The position numbers were made by a program, and so were the translations under genes. The notes beneath the pieces were generated by a model. That model saw nothing but the letters and a program-made list of their open reading frames with translations, had not been told where the DNA came from and did no database searches. Of a stretch of 64,000 bases of DNA, positions 31,338 through 39,399 are shown piece by piece (within the stretch, counting starts at the first letter, position 1; every line of letters begins with the position of its first letter). The DNA comes from an uncultured Planctomycetaceae bacterium (GTDB lineage: Bacteria; Planctomycetota; Planctomycetia; Planctomycetales; Planctomycetaceae), in NCBI GenBank assembly GCA_963815195.1, contig CAWFGE010000012.1, forward strand, positions 1-64,000. The letters run 5' to 3'.

Positions 31338-32414
31338 ATGCAGCGAATGGGTTTTCGCATACGGAACTGGGCGGAACGTCATTGGGCCGGGGCATTGGGC
31401 CTGGCCGTTTTAGCGGGCGGGCTGTGGGCCTTGGCACCGGCGACGGCACAGGAAGACAAAGCCGCCCCGCCGGAGTCGGCCTTCAACGTGCCCGCCGGCT
31501 TGCCGGAGATCAACCATCCCAAAGACAACCCGCTCACGGAGGCCAAGGTCAACCTCGGCAAGCAGCTTTTCTTCGACAAGCGGCTCTCGGCGGACAACAC
31601 GATTTCCTGCGCGAGCTGCCACGATCCCGAAAAAGGCTGGAGCAACGGCGAAGCGGTCGCCACCGGCGTCGGCGGCAAAAAAGGCGGCCGGAGCGCCCCG
31701 ACGATCATCAACTCGGCCTATACCCGCCTGCATTTCTGGGACGGCCGGGCCAAGTCCCTGGAAGACCAGGCCCTGGGCCCCATCCAGAATCCCATCGAAA
31801 TGAAGATGACGCTCGACGAAGTCCTCAAAAAGCTCAACGGCATTCCGGGCTACAAAAAAGAATTTCAAGAAGTCTTCGGCACCGATGTGACCTCGGACGG
31901 AATCGCCAAGGCCATCGCCGCTTACGAGCGCACGATTCTTTCGGGCGACGCCCCCTACGACCGCTTCAAAGCCGGGCAGAAAGATGCCCTTTCCGAAGCG
32001 GCTCAGCGCGGAATGGCGTTGTTCTTCGGCAAGGCTCAGTGCAGCTCCTGCCACATCGGGGCCAACTTCACCGACAACGCGTTTCACAACATCGGCGTGG
32101 GCATGGATAAAAAAGAACCGGACGTCGGCCGGGAAGCCATCAGCGGACTCGGCGGAGACAAGGGCAGCTTCAAAACCCCGACACTCCGCGAAATCGCCCG
32201 CACCGCCCCCTACATGCACGATGGCAGCCTAAAAACTCTGGAAGACGTGGTCGAGCACTACGACAAAGGCGGCATCCCGAATACCTGGCTCGACGAAGGC
32301 ATCTTCGCGCTCAAGCTCACCGACCAGGAAAAGAAGGACCTGGTGACGTTTATGAAAGAGGGGTTCGCGTGTGAGGATTATCCCAATCATAAACCACCCA
32401 AGCTTCCCGAATAG
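31338..32414 (+). CDS. Di-heme cytochrome c peroxidase (CcpA/MauG family)
   Basis: LFFDKRLS, CASCH, FWDGRA, CSSCH, FKTPTLR, PYMHDG; AGGAG SD. Confidence 0.92.
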   Translation: MQRMGFRIRNWAERHWAGALGLAVLAGGLWALAPATAQEDKAAPPESAFNVPAGLPEINHPKDNPLTEAKVNLGKQLFFDKRLSADNTISCASCHDPEKGWSNGEAVATGVGGKKGGRSAPTIINSAYTRLHFWDGRAKSLEDQALGPIQNPIEMKMTLDEVLKKLNGIPGYKKEFQEVFGTDVTSDGIAKAIAAYERTILSGDAPYDRFKAGQKDALSEAAQRGMALFFGKAQCSSCHIGANFTDNAFHNIGVGMDKKEPDVGREAISGLGGDKGSFKTPTLREIARTAPYMHDGSLKTLEDVVEHYDKGGIPNTWLDEGIFALKLTDQEKKDLVTFMKEGFACEDYPNHKPPKLPE

Positions 32415-32548
32415 GCGGTGGATTGCGAGTCGCTTCGCGTTCCTGTAGGATTCTGGCAAGTCAGGTTGTTTCGGGGAGGGAGTGTCCGCGCCTTCAGACA
32501 TTCTCTTCCCCTTTGGTCATTTGGCACTTTGGAGAAAGTGGATACCCC

Positions 32549-33817
32549 ATGATGAAAACGCACCTCTCTCTCAGAACCCTGCTGTGTTGGAGCGTCCTGA
32601 TCTGCCTTGCCCCGGCGGGCTTGATGGCTCAGGAAGCGAAAAAGACGGAAGCCCAGAACACCCAGGAAGACAAGAAGCCCGCCGCCGAAGAGAAGAAAAC
32701 CGAGGACAAAAAGCCCGCCGCCGAAGAGAAGAAAACCGACGACAAGAAGCCCGCCGCCGAAGAGAAGAAAACCGACGACAAGAAGCCCGCCGCCGAAGAG
32801 AAGAAAACCGACGACAAGAAGCCGGCCACCGAGGACAAGAAGCCCGCCGCCGAGGAAGCGGGCGTGGAGACCACGGAGATGGTCATCAATCTGGACAACC
32901 CGAGCGGACTGGCGATTCATCCCAAGACCGGGCATGTGTTTATTGCGAGCCACGACGGCGTCCACCGCTTCATCCCCGAGATGAAGCCGCTGAAGTGCCC
33001 GCTGGAGATTTCGGAATTCCCCACCGACGTGTACGGCAAAGGTCCGATGTACGACATCAGCGCTTTGGGTGTGGCGTTTTGGGATGATGAGCACCTGATC
33101 GTCGGCGAAGGCTGCCGGAAAGACGGTGAAGAACTGGTCCGCATTTACAAAATCACGGAGAAACCGCCGACGAGCTATCAGAAGGAATCCGACGCCGTTT
33201 ACACCGCCGGCCCGATTCCGCCGGGCGACGAATCCAAGATGGGCGAAGGCAACTTCTACAGCGTCGTCAAGATCGGCGATACGGTGTTCGTGAGCAGCAA
33301 CGGCGACGACACCAAGGGCTGGATCGCCTCCTTCACGATCAAAGACGGCAAAGCCACCGAACTCAAGCCCACGATCGCCACCAAAGAGAAGACGCAAGTC
33401 GATGCCCCGGTGCCTCTCGCCGCCTCCCCGGACGGCAAGCTCGTTGTGGGCCAGATGGGCGAAGTCAACGTGCCCGGCGACAGCCTGTTGTGCATTTATG
33501 ATCCCGCCAGCGGGGAACTCGAAAAGAGCTTGAAGACCGGCCTCAGCGACATCGCCGGCCTGGCTTACAGCAAAAACACCAAGAAATGGTACTGCACCGA
33601 TTTCGCCTGGGCCGAACCCGAAAACGCCGGGTTGTTCGAACTGACCATCGATGGCAACAATGTCACCCCGAAAAAACTCGCCAAGCTCGACAAGCCGACC
33701 GCCCTCGAGTTCGACAAAGACGGCAACTTGTACGTGACCGTCTTCGGCACCGGCAAAGAAGGCGACAAAATGACGCCCGGCAAACTCCTGATGATTAAAG
33801 CCGACCAACTCAAATAG
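32549..33817 (+). CDS. Secreted beta-propeller protein with N-terminal charged tandem repeats
   Basis: Signal peptide; LDNPSGLAIHP and LDKPTALEFDKDGNLYV NHL-like blades. Confidence 0.75.
   Translation: MMKTHLSLRTLLCWSVLICLAPAGLMAQEAKKTEAQNTQEDKKPAAEEKKTEDKKPAAEEKKTDDKKPAAEEKKTDDKKPAAEEKKTDDKKPATEDKKPAAEEAGVETTEMVINLDNPSGLAIHPKTGHVFIASHDGVHRFIPEMKPLKCPLEISEFPTDVYGKGPMYDISALGVAFWDDEHLIVGEGCRKDGEELVRIYKITEKPPTSYQKESDAVYTAGPIPPGDESKMGEGNFYSVVKIGDTVFVSSNGDDTKGWIASFTIKDGKATELKPTIATKEKTQVDAPVPLAASPDGKLVVGQMGEVNVPGDSLLCIYDPASGELEKSLKTGLSDIAGLAYSKNTKKWYCTDFAWAEPENAGLFELTIDGNNVTPKKLAKLDKPTALEFDKDGNLYVTVFGTGKEGDKMTPGKLLMIKADQLK
32669..32856 (+). repeat. 36-bp coding tandem repeat (DKKPAAEEKKTD, about 5 units)
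   Basis: Directly visible. Confidence 0.9.
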
Positions 33818-33844
33818 TCGGAACCATCAAACGAAGTTCACTCC

Positions 33845-33876
33845 AGACCACGGTTTTCCCCGGAAGACCGTGGTCT
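33845..33876 (+). terminator. Stem-loop after the gene, possible terminator
   Basis: AGACCACGGT...ACCGTGGTCT; weak U-tract. Confidence 0.4.
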
Positions 33877-33973
33877 CGGCATTTTCGTCCCGCGCGTGAA
33901 ATTTCGAGCGCGTTTTATAATCTGGGCGGTAGCCGCGAGCCTCCGGCTTCGATGAAATGATATTCACAAAATC

Positions 33974-34079
33974 AAGGCCGGCGGCTACGCGCCCGGCCAC
34001 TCACTTTGAAGGCCGGCGGCTAGCGCCCGGCCACTCACCTTGAAGGCCGGCGGCTAGCGCCCAGCCACTCACCTTGAAG
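33974..34079. repeat. Three tandem 34-35-bp units of a REP half-site
   Basis: AAGGCCGGCGGCTAGCGCCCGGCCACTCACCTTG x3, no spacers. Confidence 0.9.
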
Positions 34080-34176
34080 ATTCTCTTTGGAATGCAAGCC
34101 GCGATCCGGTAATCTATTTCTGCGGAGGTCCTAAAGAGATTCCTACCCCAACGTCCCTGAAAAGCGCGATGCTCCT

Positions 34177-35397
34177 ATGACCCAGATGACCCGGCTTGTC
34201 TCGCTCGCAGTGGTCACGTTGCTGATTATCTTTTTGGGCATCACGTTTTTTCACGTGATCGCCCCGTTTTTGCTGCCTTTGTTTTTGGCGGGCGTCGTCG
34301 CGATGCTCGCCCAGCCGATGCAAGCGTTTTTTGAACGGAAAACCAAGGACCGAAAGCATCTCGCGGCATGGCTGACCACGGGCAGCGTGATCTTGGGCAT
34401 CTCCGTTCCCGTCGTGCTCGGCGTTTCGCTCGCGACTTTGCAGATTTCGCTGTTCGTGCGGGGCATGCTGAAAAACAACGATTGGTCGGAAATCTCCCAC
34501 AAAGTCCGGCAGGAACTGCACATCGACAACGTCGTGGAAAAGTTGCAGCCCTTCGTATCCGAGCAAATCGACGCCGATAAGCTCCAGGCGGAATTTCAGA
34601 AAAACGTCCGGGCCGGCTTGGAACTGCTCGTCAGCAAGACCGGCGGCGTCGCCGGGCAGGCGGTGGGGTTGATCGGCGGCCTGGTCTCCATGATCGTGCA
34701 GCTGCTGACGTTTGTGATCGCGCTCTATTACTTCCTCGCCGACGGCCCCGCGCTCCTGGCGGCTTCGGAAGGTTTGATTCCGGTCGCCGTGGAATATCAG
34801 CGCGGACTCCGCCTCAAGTTTTACAACGTCGTCCGCGCGGTCGTGCTGGCGACGTTCTTCGCCGCGATCGGCCAAGGCCTCGCCAATGCGACCGTGCTCT
34901 GGTTTTTTGGGTTCCGCCAGTTCGTGATCCTGTTCATCCTGGCCACGTTCGCTTCGATGGTCCCGTTCTTCGGCACCTGGCTGGTGTGGGGGCCGTGCGT
35001 GGTCTGGTTGGCGCTTCAAGGATCGTGGATTTCCGCGACGTTGCTGTTAATCATCGGCGTGGGGTTCATCGGGATGCTGGACAACGTCATTCGCACGTAC
35101 GTGCTGCAAAGCGACGCTCAGCTCCATCCGCTGCTCGCGTTTATTTGCGTTTTGGGCGGCGTGCAGGTGATGGGGTTGTGGGGTGTGTTCATCGCCCCGA
35201 TCGTCGCGGCTATTTTGCACGCGCTGATTGTGATCTTCAACACGGAAGTCACCGAACTCTCCCACGAACGCCTTATGGAAAGCGAACCGCCCAAGCCCGA
35301 TTCCCCGCCGGACGAAGCGGCCGACGATTCCGAGCCCGAAGACAACGAACCGGAAGGCAACGAACCGGCCGCGGAACAAGAAGCCGCGGCGGAATGA
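34177..35397 (+). CDS. AI-2E family transporter
   Basis: YYFLADG, VPFFGTWLVWGP, DNVIR, LHPLL..GG...G.WG.FIAP. Confidence 0.9.
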   Translation: MTQMTRLVSLAVVTLLIIFLGITFFHVIAPFLLPLFLAGVVAMLAQPMQAFFERKTKDRKHLAAWLTTGSVILGISVPVVLGVSLATLQISLFVRGMLKNNDWSEISHKVRQELHIDNVVEKLQPFVSEQIDADKLQAEFQKNVRAGLELLVSKTGGVAGQAVGLIGGLVSMIVQLLTFVIALYYFLADGPALLAASEGLIPVAVEYQRGLRLKFYNVVRAVVLATFFAAIGQGLANATVLWFFGFRQFVILFILATFASMVPFFGTWLVWGPCVVWLALQGSWISATLLLIIGVGFIGMLDNVIRTYVLQSDAQLHPLLAFICVLGGVQVMGLWGVFIAPIVAAILHALIVIFNTEVTELSHERLMESEPPKPDSPPDEAADDSEPEDNEPEGNEPAAEQEAAAE

Positions 35398-35482
35398 TGT
35401 TGTTGCAGCGGGCCCGCGGTTTCCGCTAAGCTGAAGTTTTGGCTCATCCTCGCGTACGATTTTCCCACCCTGAAGCAGCCTC

Positions 35483-36190
35483 GTGATTCGCGTCCAAGAG
35501 TTAACCGTCACCGCCGGCTCGTTCCGCCTGGAGAACATCTCGTTCGAGGTGCCCACCGGACAATACGCCATTTTGATGGGGCAAACCGGCAGCGGAAAAA
35601 CGACGATTCTGGAATCGCTCTGCGGTTTGAAATCCGTGGTTGGCGGGACGATTCATTTGATGGGGCGGGACGTGACGTCGCTTAAGCCCGCGGAACGGGG
35701 CATCGGATTTGTCCCGCAAGAGGGGGCGCTATTTGCGACGATGAGCGTGGGCCAGCAGTTGGGCTTCGCCCTCACGGTCCGCCGCTGGAAGTCCGCCGCC
35801 ATCCGGCAGCGCATCGAAGAGCTGGCCGAGATGCTGGGGATTTCGCAGCTGCTGGACCGCCGGCCCGCCGGTCTCAGCGGCGGCGAACGCCAGCGCGTCG
35901 CCCTCGGCCGTGCTTTGGCGGCTCGGCCGCACGTGCTGTGCCTCGATGAACCCTTAAGCGCCCTGGACGATGCCACGCGGGACGCCATGTGCTCACTCTT
36001 GACCCGCGTCACGAAACAGACCGGCGTGACGACGCTGCACATCACCCACAACCGCGGGGAAGCCCGCACCTTGGCCGATGTGCTGTTTGTGCTGGAAAAC
36101 GGCACGCTCCGCATCCCCGCCGCCGAGACGCCCGAGATGCTTCCCCCGCCTGCCCCGCCTTCGCAACCCGCCGGCCGTTTTTCCGTCTGA
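35483..36190 (+). CDS. ABC transporter ATP-binding protein (molybdate/tungstate-like)
   Basis: GQTGSGKT, LSGGERQRVAL, LDEPLSALD, HITH. Confidence 0.88.
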   Translation: MIRVQELTVTAGSFRLENISFEVPTGQYAILMGQTGSGKTTILESLCGLKSVVGGTIHLMGRDVTSLKPAERGIGFVPQEGALFATMSVGQQLGFALTVRRWKSAAIRQRIEELAEMLGISQLLDRRPAGLSGGERQRVALGRALAARPHVLCLDEPLSALDDATRDAMCSLLTRVTKQTGVTTLHITHNRGEARTLADVLFVLENGTLRIPAAETPEMLPPPAPPSQPAGRFSV

Positions 36191-36345
36191 GGGCGGGAAT
36201 CCCTGTGGAGGCGTTTTTGGGTTTGTGTTAGATTCCGGGGGGTTCGACTTTGTGGCCTTTGCCCCTAAGCCCCTCTTTCCCGGAAGGTCTTCCAAGTCAA
36301 TCTGACATTCCATATACAGCTTGACTCACGATTTCCTGTTCAAGG

Positions 36346-37572
36346 ATGAACCTGGCCATGCGCACGCACTACCGCCGCCGCTCTTGGACCTCCCATTTCA
36401 TTTGGACCGCCGCGTTTGTGGCGATCGCCGCGGCCGCCGCGTGGCAGTTTCATTGGTGGCCCACGTCGGATGTGGATTTCGATGAGATCGGGGCCCATCA
36501 TCCGAAAACGGAAAGACCGCCGTCCCCGGTCCGCCCGGCGAATCATGAACAATCGGCGAAGACGGCCTCTTCCCAAGGACACGATATTTTCGCCGCCCAG
36601 ACCGAACCGGAGGTCCCGGACTTGCCGCCGTTTGCTCCGGCCGAGCCTCCCGATTTCAGCGATTTCCCCAGCCCGCCCAAATTGCTGCCGGCGAACCCCG
36701 ACGCCAGGCCGATCCCCGTTCCGTCGCGGCTCGTGCAAACCGTGGAAGGCGAACTCCCGCCGCCCCACCTTCCGCCGACGATGCCGACCGAACCGCCCCC
36801 GGCGGCGGGCATTCGGTTGCTGAACGATGAGGTTTCGGAATCTCCCCAAGCCGCGCCTGCGGAATTGCCCGCCGGTCTGAAAGCCGAGTCGCTCGCGCAG
36901 ATCGATGCCTGGCTGGCGACCGGCAATCCGAAAGACGACCTGGCCGCGCACAAGCAGCTTTCGATCCTGTATTGGGATCATCCCGAATGGCGGGAGTTCC
37001 TCAGGAGCCGAATCGAGAAGACCGCCAAGTCGATTTATTTCTCCCCGCAGCCGCACTACATGACGCCCTACACCATTCAGCCCGGCGATCAGCTGACCAA
37101 GATCGCGAAGTTGTACAACGTGCCCTGGGAGTATCTGGCGAAGCTCAACGAAGCCGACCCGCGAAAAATCCGGCCGGGGCAGAAGCTGAAGGTCATCAAA
37201 GGCCCGTTCGCCGCGGTCGTCGATTTGGGCCGCTTTGAGCTGACCATTCAGCACCACGGGTTTTTCGTGAAGCGCTACAAGGTGGGCATCGGCAAAGACG
37301 GCACCACGCCCATCGGCGAGTTCGCCGTGAAGGACAAGCTCACCAATCCGACCTATTACGGGCGGGACGGCGTCATCGCCGCGGACGATCCCCAAAATCC
37401 GCTGGGCGAATACTGGATCGACATTGGCGATTCCTACGGGATCCACGGCACGATCGATCCGGACTCCATCGGCAAAGCCGAGTCCCGCGGCTGCATCCGC
37501 ATGCTGAACGGCGATGCGGACGAGGTGTATGGCTTTTTGGGCAAGGGGGCCAAAGTCATCATCCGCCGCTGA
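36346..37572 (+). CDS. LysM + YkuD L,D-transpeptidase
   Basis: YTIQPGDQLTKIAK LysM; YGIHGT...SRGCIRM. Confidence 0.9.
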   Translation: MNLAMRTHYRRRSWTSHFIWTAAFVAIAAAAAWQFHWWPTSDVDFDEIGAHHPKTERPPSPVRPANHEQSAKTASSQGHDIFAAQTEPEVPDLPPFAPAEPPDFSDFPSPPKLLPANPDARPIPVPSRLVQTVEGELPPPHLPPTMPTEPPPAAGIRLLNDEVSESPQAAPAELPAGLKAESLAQIDAWLATGNPKDDLAAHKQLSILYWDHPEWREFLRSRIEKTAKSIYFSPQPHYMTPYTIQPGDQLTKIAKLYNVPWEYLAKLNEADPRKIRPGQKLKVIKGPFAAVVDLGRFELTIQHHGFFVKRYKVGIGKDGTTPIGEFAVKDKLTNPTYYGRDGVIAADDPQNPLGEYWIDIGDSYGIHGTIDPDSIGKAESRGCIRMLNGDADEVYGFLGKGAKVIIRR

Positions 37573-37608
37573 GCCCGATGTCTATCGCGTGAGTTGCGCG
37601 TTTCCGGA

Positions 37609-37750
37609 GTCGCGAAGTGGCGACCGCAGATTGCCTTGGGCGTAAGCCAAAGGATCTCAGGCTCAAAGAAATAGGAAAGCCGCGAAGCGGCTCGCAACTC
37701 GTTTCTCCTCTTTTCCTTGGGCTACTAACGCCCAAGGCGATCTGCGAAAC
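37609..37750. repeat. Intergenic multi-hairpin repeat element
   Basis: CGCAGATTGCCTTGGGCGT / ACGCCCAAGGCGATCTGCG arms; GTCGCGAAGTGGC and GCCGCGAAGCGGC mini-hairpins. Confidence 0.6.
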
Positions 37751-37967
37751 GCTCATCGAGCCTACGGTTCATGACGAGGACCGAACGCTCGAACGGTCCT
37801 GACTCCGGGGAAACCGGATTCTCGTTTCCGGAAAACCTCTTCTCCAAAGGGCATTCTTCACAAAAGCCGGTTGACAGAGTTTGAGCGGGTTGAAATAACA
37901 CAAACGGGGTTTACGATGTTCTCGCCATCGAAACCCGATTTGTGACCTGAACCTCAACGGAGTCAAC

Positions 37968-39239
37968 ATGGAGGACCTGGAAACCGAAGCGACGATCGCA
38001 CCGCGCACGGCGGGGTTGTCCTACGGATGGGTGATGCTTCCTTTGGCGATGCTGGCCATGTTCGCCAGTTCGCCCGGCCAAACCTATGGCGTGACGATCT
38101 TCAACGAGGCGATTCGCACCTCGCTCGACCTGTCCCACAGCGAATTGGCGCTGGCTTACATGCTGGGCACAATTCTGGGAGCGATCCCGATTTCGCTGAT
38201 CGGCTTGCAGATGGATCGGCACGGAATCCGCGCGGTGATGCTCTTCGCGGTCACCGCATTCAGCGGAGCCTGCCTGGTGCTCGCGCTGGCTCGGAATTGG
38301 GCGACGCTGATGTTGGCCTTTCTGCTGTTGCGGATGCTCGGCCCCGGGACGCTCGCGTTTCTCAGCGGCAATGTGCTGGCGTTTTGGTTCCAACGGCGAT
38401 TGGGGTCGGTCGAGTCGATTCGCCAGGTCAGCGCGTCCGCCTCGATTGCGATCGTGCCCGCGCTGAATGTCTGGCTGCTGAATGCCGGCGGTTGGCGATC
38501 CGCTTACGGCCTTTGGGGGATCGGACTTTGGGTCGTGTTATTTCCCGTGTTTTTCCTGTTCTTTCGCAATGGCCCGGAAGACCTGGGCCAATCGATCGAT
38601 CATGGGATGGAAGACGCCGCGGAACCCGCACGGGGCCGCATCGACAATCTCCCCGAACTCACCTTGCGCGAGGCGCTCTGCACGCCTGCGTTTCAGGTTG
38701 TCACGGCGGGGACGGGGTTATTCGCGATGTTGCTCACGGCCGTGACGTTCAGTCTCGTCCCCATCCTGGCCGACCGTGGACTGGGCGAACAAGACGCGGC
38801 GGCGGTGATGATGGTCTCGGCGATGGTCATGGCGCTTGCGCAGCTCAGCGGCGGATTTCTGGCGGACCGCATCGAAGCCCGCATTCTCGTATTTGTGGGA
38901 CTCTTGGGACTCAGTGCCGCAATGATCTGCTTCCAATTCGCCGCCACGCCCGCGTTGGCATCTCTCGCCGGCGCGGCGATGGGTTTTGCTCAAGGGGTTT
39001 ACTTCAGTTCCACACAGCCCTTGTGGGCGAGATATTTCGGCCGCCGGCATTTGGGGAAAATTCGAGGCGTCGTGATGAGCCTGATGGTCGCCGCCTCGAG
39101 TTTAGGCCCGCTGATCGCGGGCGTCGGCCGGGATGTTTCAGGCAGCTTTGTTCCCGTGCTGATGCTCTTCGCCGCGCTGCCGTGGCCAGTGGCGATTTGC
39201 TCCTTCCTGATCCGTCCGCCCACTCCCGAATCGCAATAG
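37968..39239 (+). CDS. MFS transporter
   Basis: SSPGQTYG, G..MDRHG.R, ARYFGRRHLGKIRG; about 12 hydrophobic segments. Confidence 0.88.
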   Translation: MEDLETEATIAPRTAGLSYGWVMLPLAMLAMFASSPGQTYGVTIFNEAIRTSLDLSHSELALAYMLGTILGAIPISLIGLQMDRHGIRAVMLFAVTAFSGACLVLALARNWATLMLAFLLLRMLGPGTLAFLSGNVLAFWFQRRLGSVESIRQVSASASIAIVPALNVWLLNAGGWRSAYGLWGIGLWVVLFPVFFLFFRNGPEDLGQSIDHGMEDAAEPARGRIDNLPELTLREALCTPAFQVVTAGTGLFAMLLTAVTFSLVPILADRGLGEQDAAAVMMVSAMVMALAQLSGGFLADRIEARILVFVGLLGLSAAMICFQFAATPALASLAGAAMGFAQGVYFSSTQPLWARYFGRRHLGKIRGVVMSLMVAASSLGPLIAGVGRDVSGSFVPVLMLFAALPWPVAICSFLIRPPTPESQ

Positions 39240-39399
39240 TGGAAAAGATCGCGCCGAGCTCTTCACGGTCATTCCTTAAAGTGATCTGTTGGGTTGGCTT
39301 GAAGTTGCTTTCCTCTCCGCCCACAATTTGCGGAAAGAAACATTCGCATGAATGTTTCGGGCGATCCGCAATTCTCTCCGCGATGATGAGGCAACCCCG

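Noticed and set aside
30632..31413. ORFs in the gap before cytochrome c peroxidase
   Set aside because: Mutually overlapping, with no recognisable motifs or convincing SD; not called.
32669..32856. CRISPR-like 36-bp periodicity
   Set aside because: In-frame coding tandem repeat without spacers.
33974..34079. CRISPR array
   Set aside because: The units are contiguous with no unique spacers, match the local REP family, and no cas genes are present.
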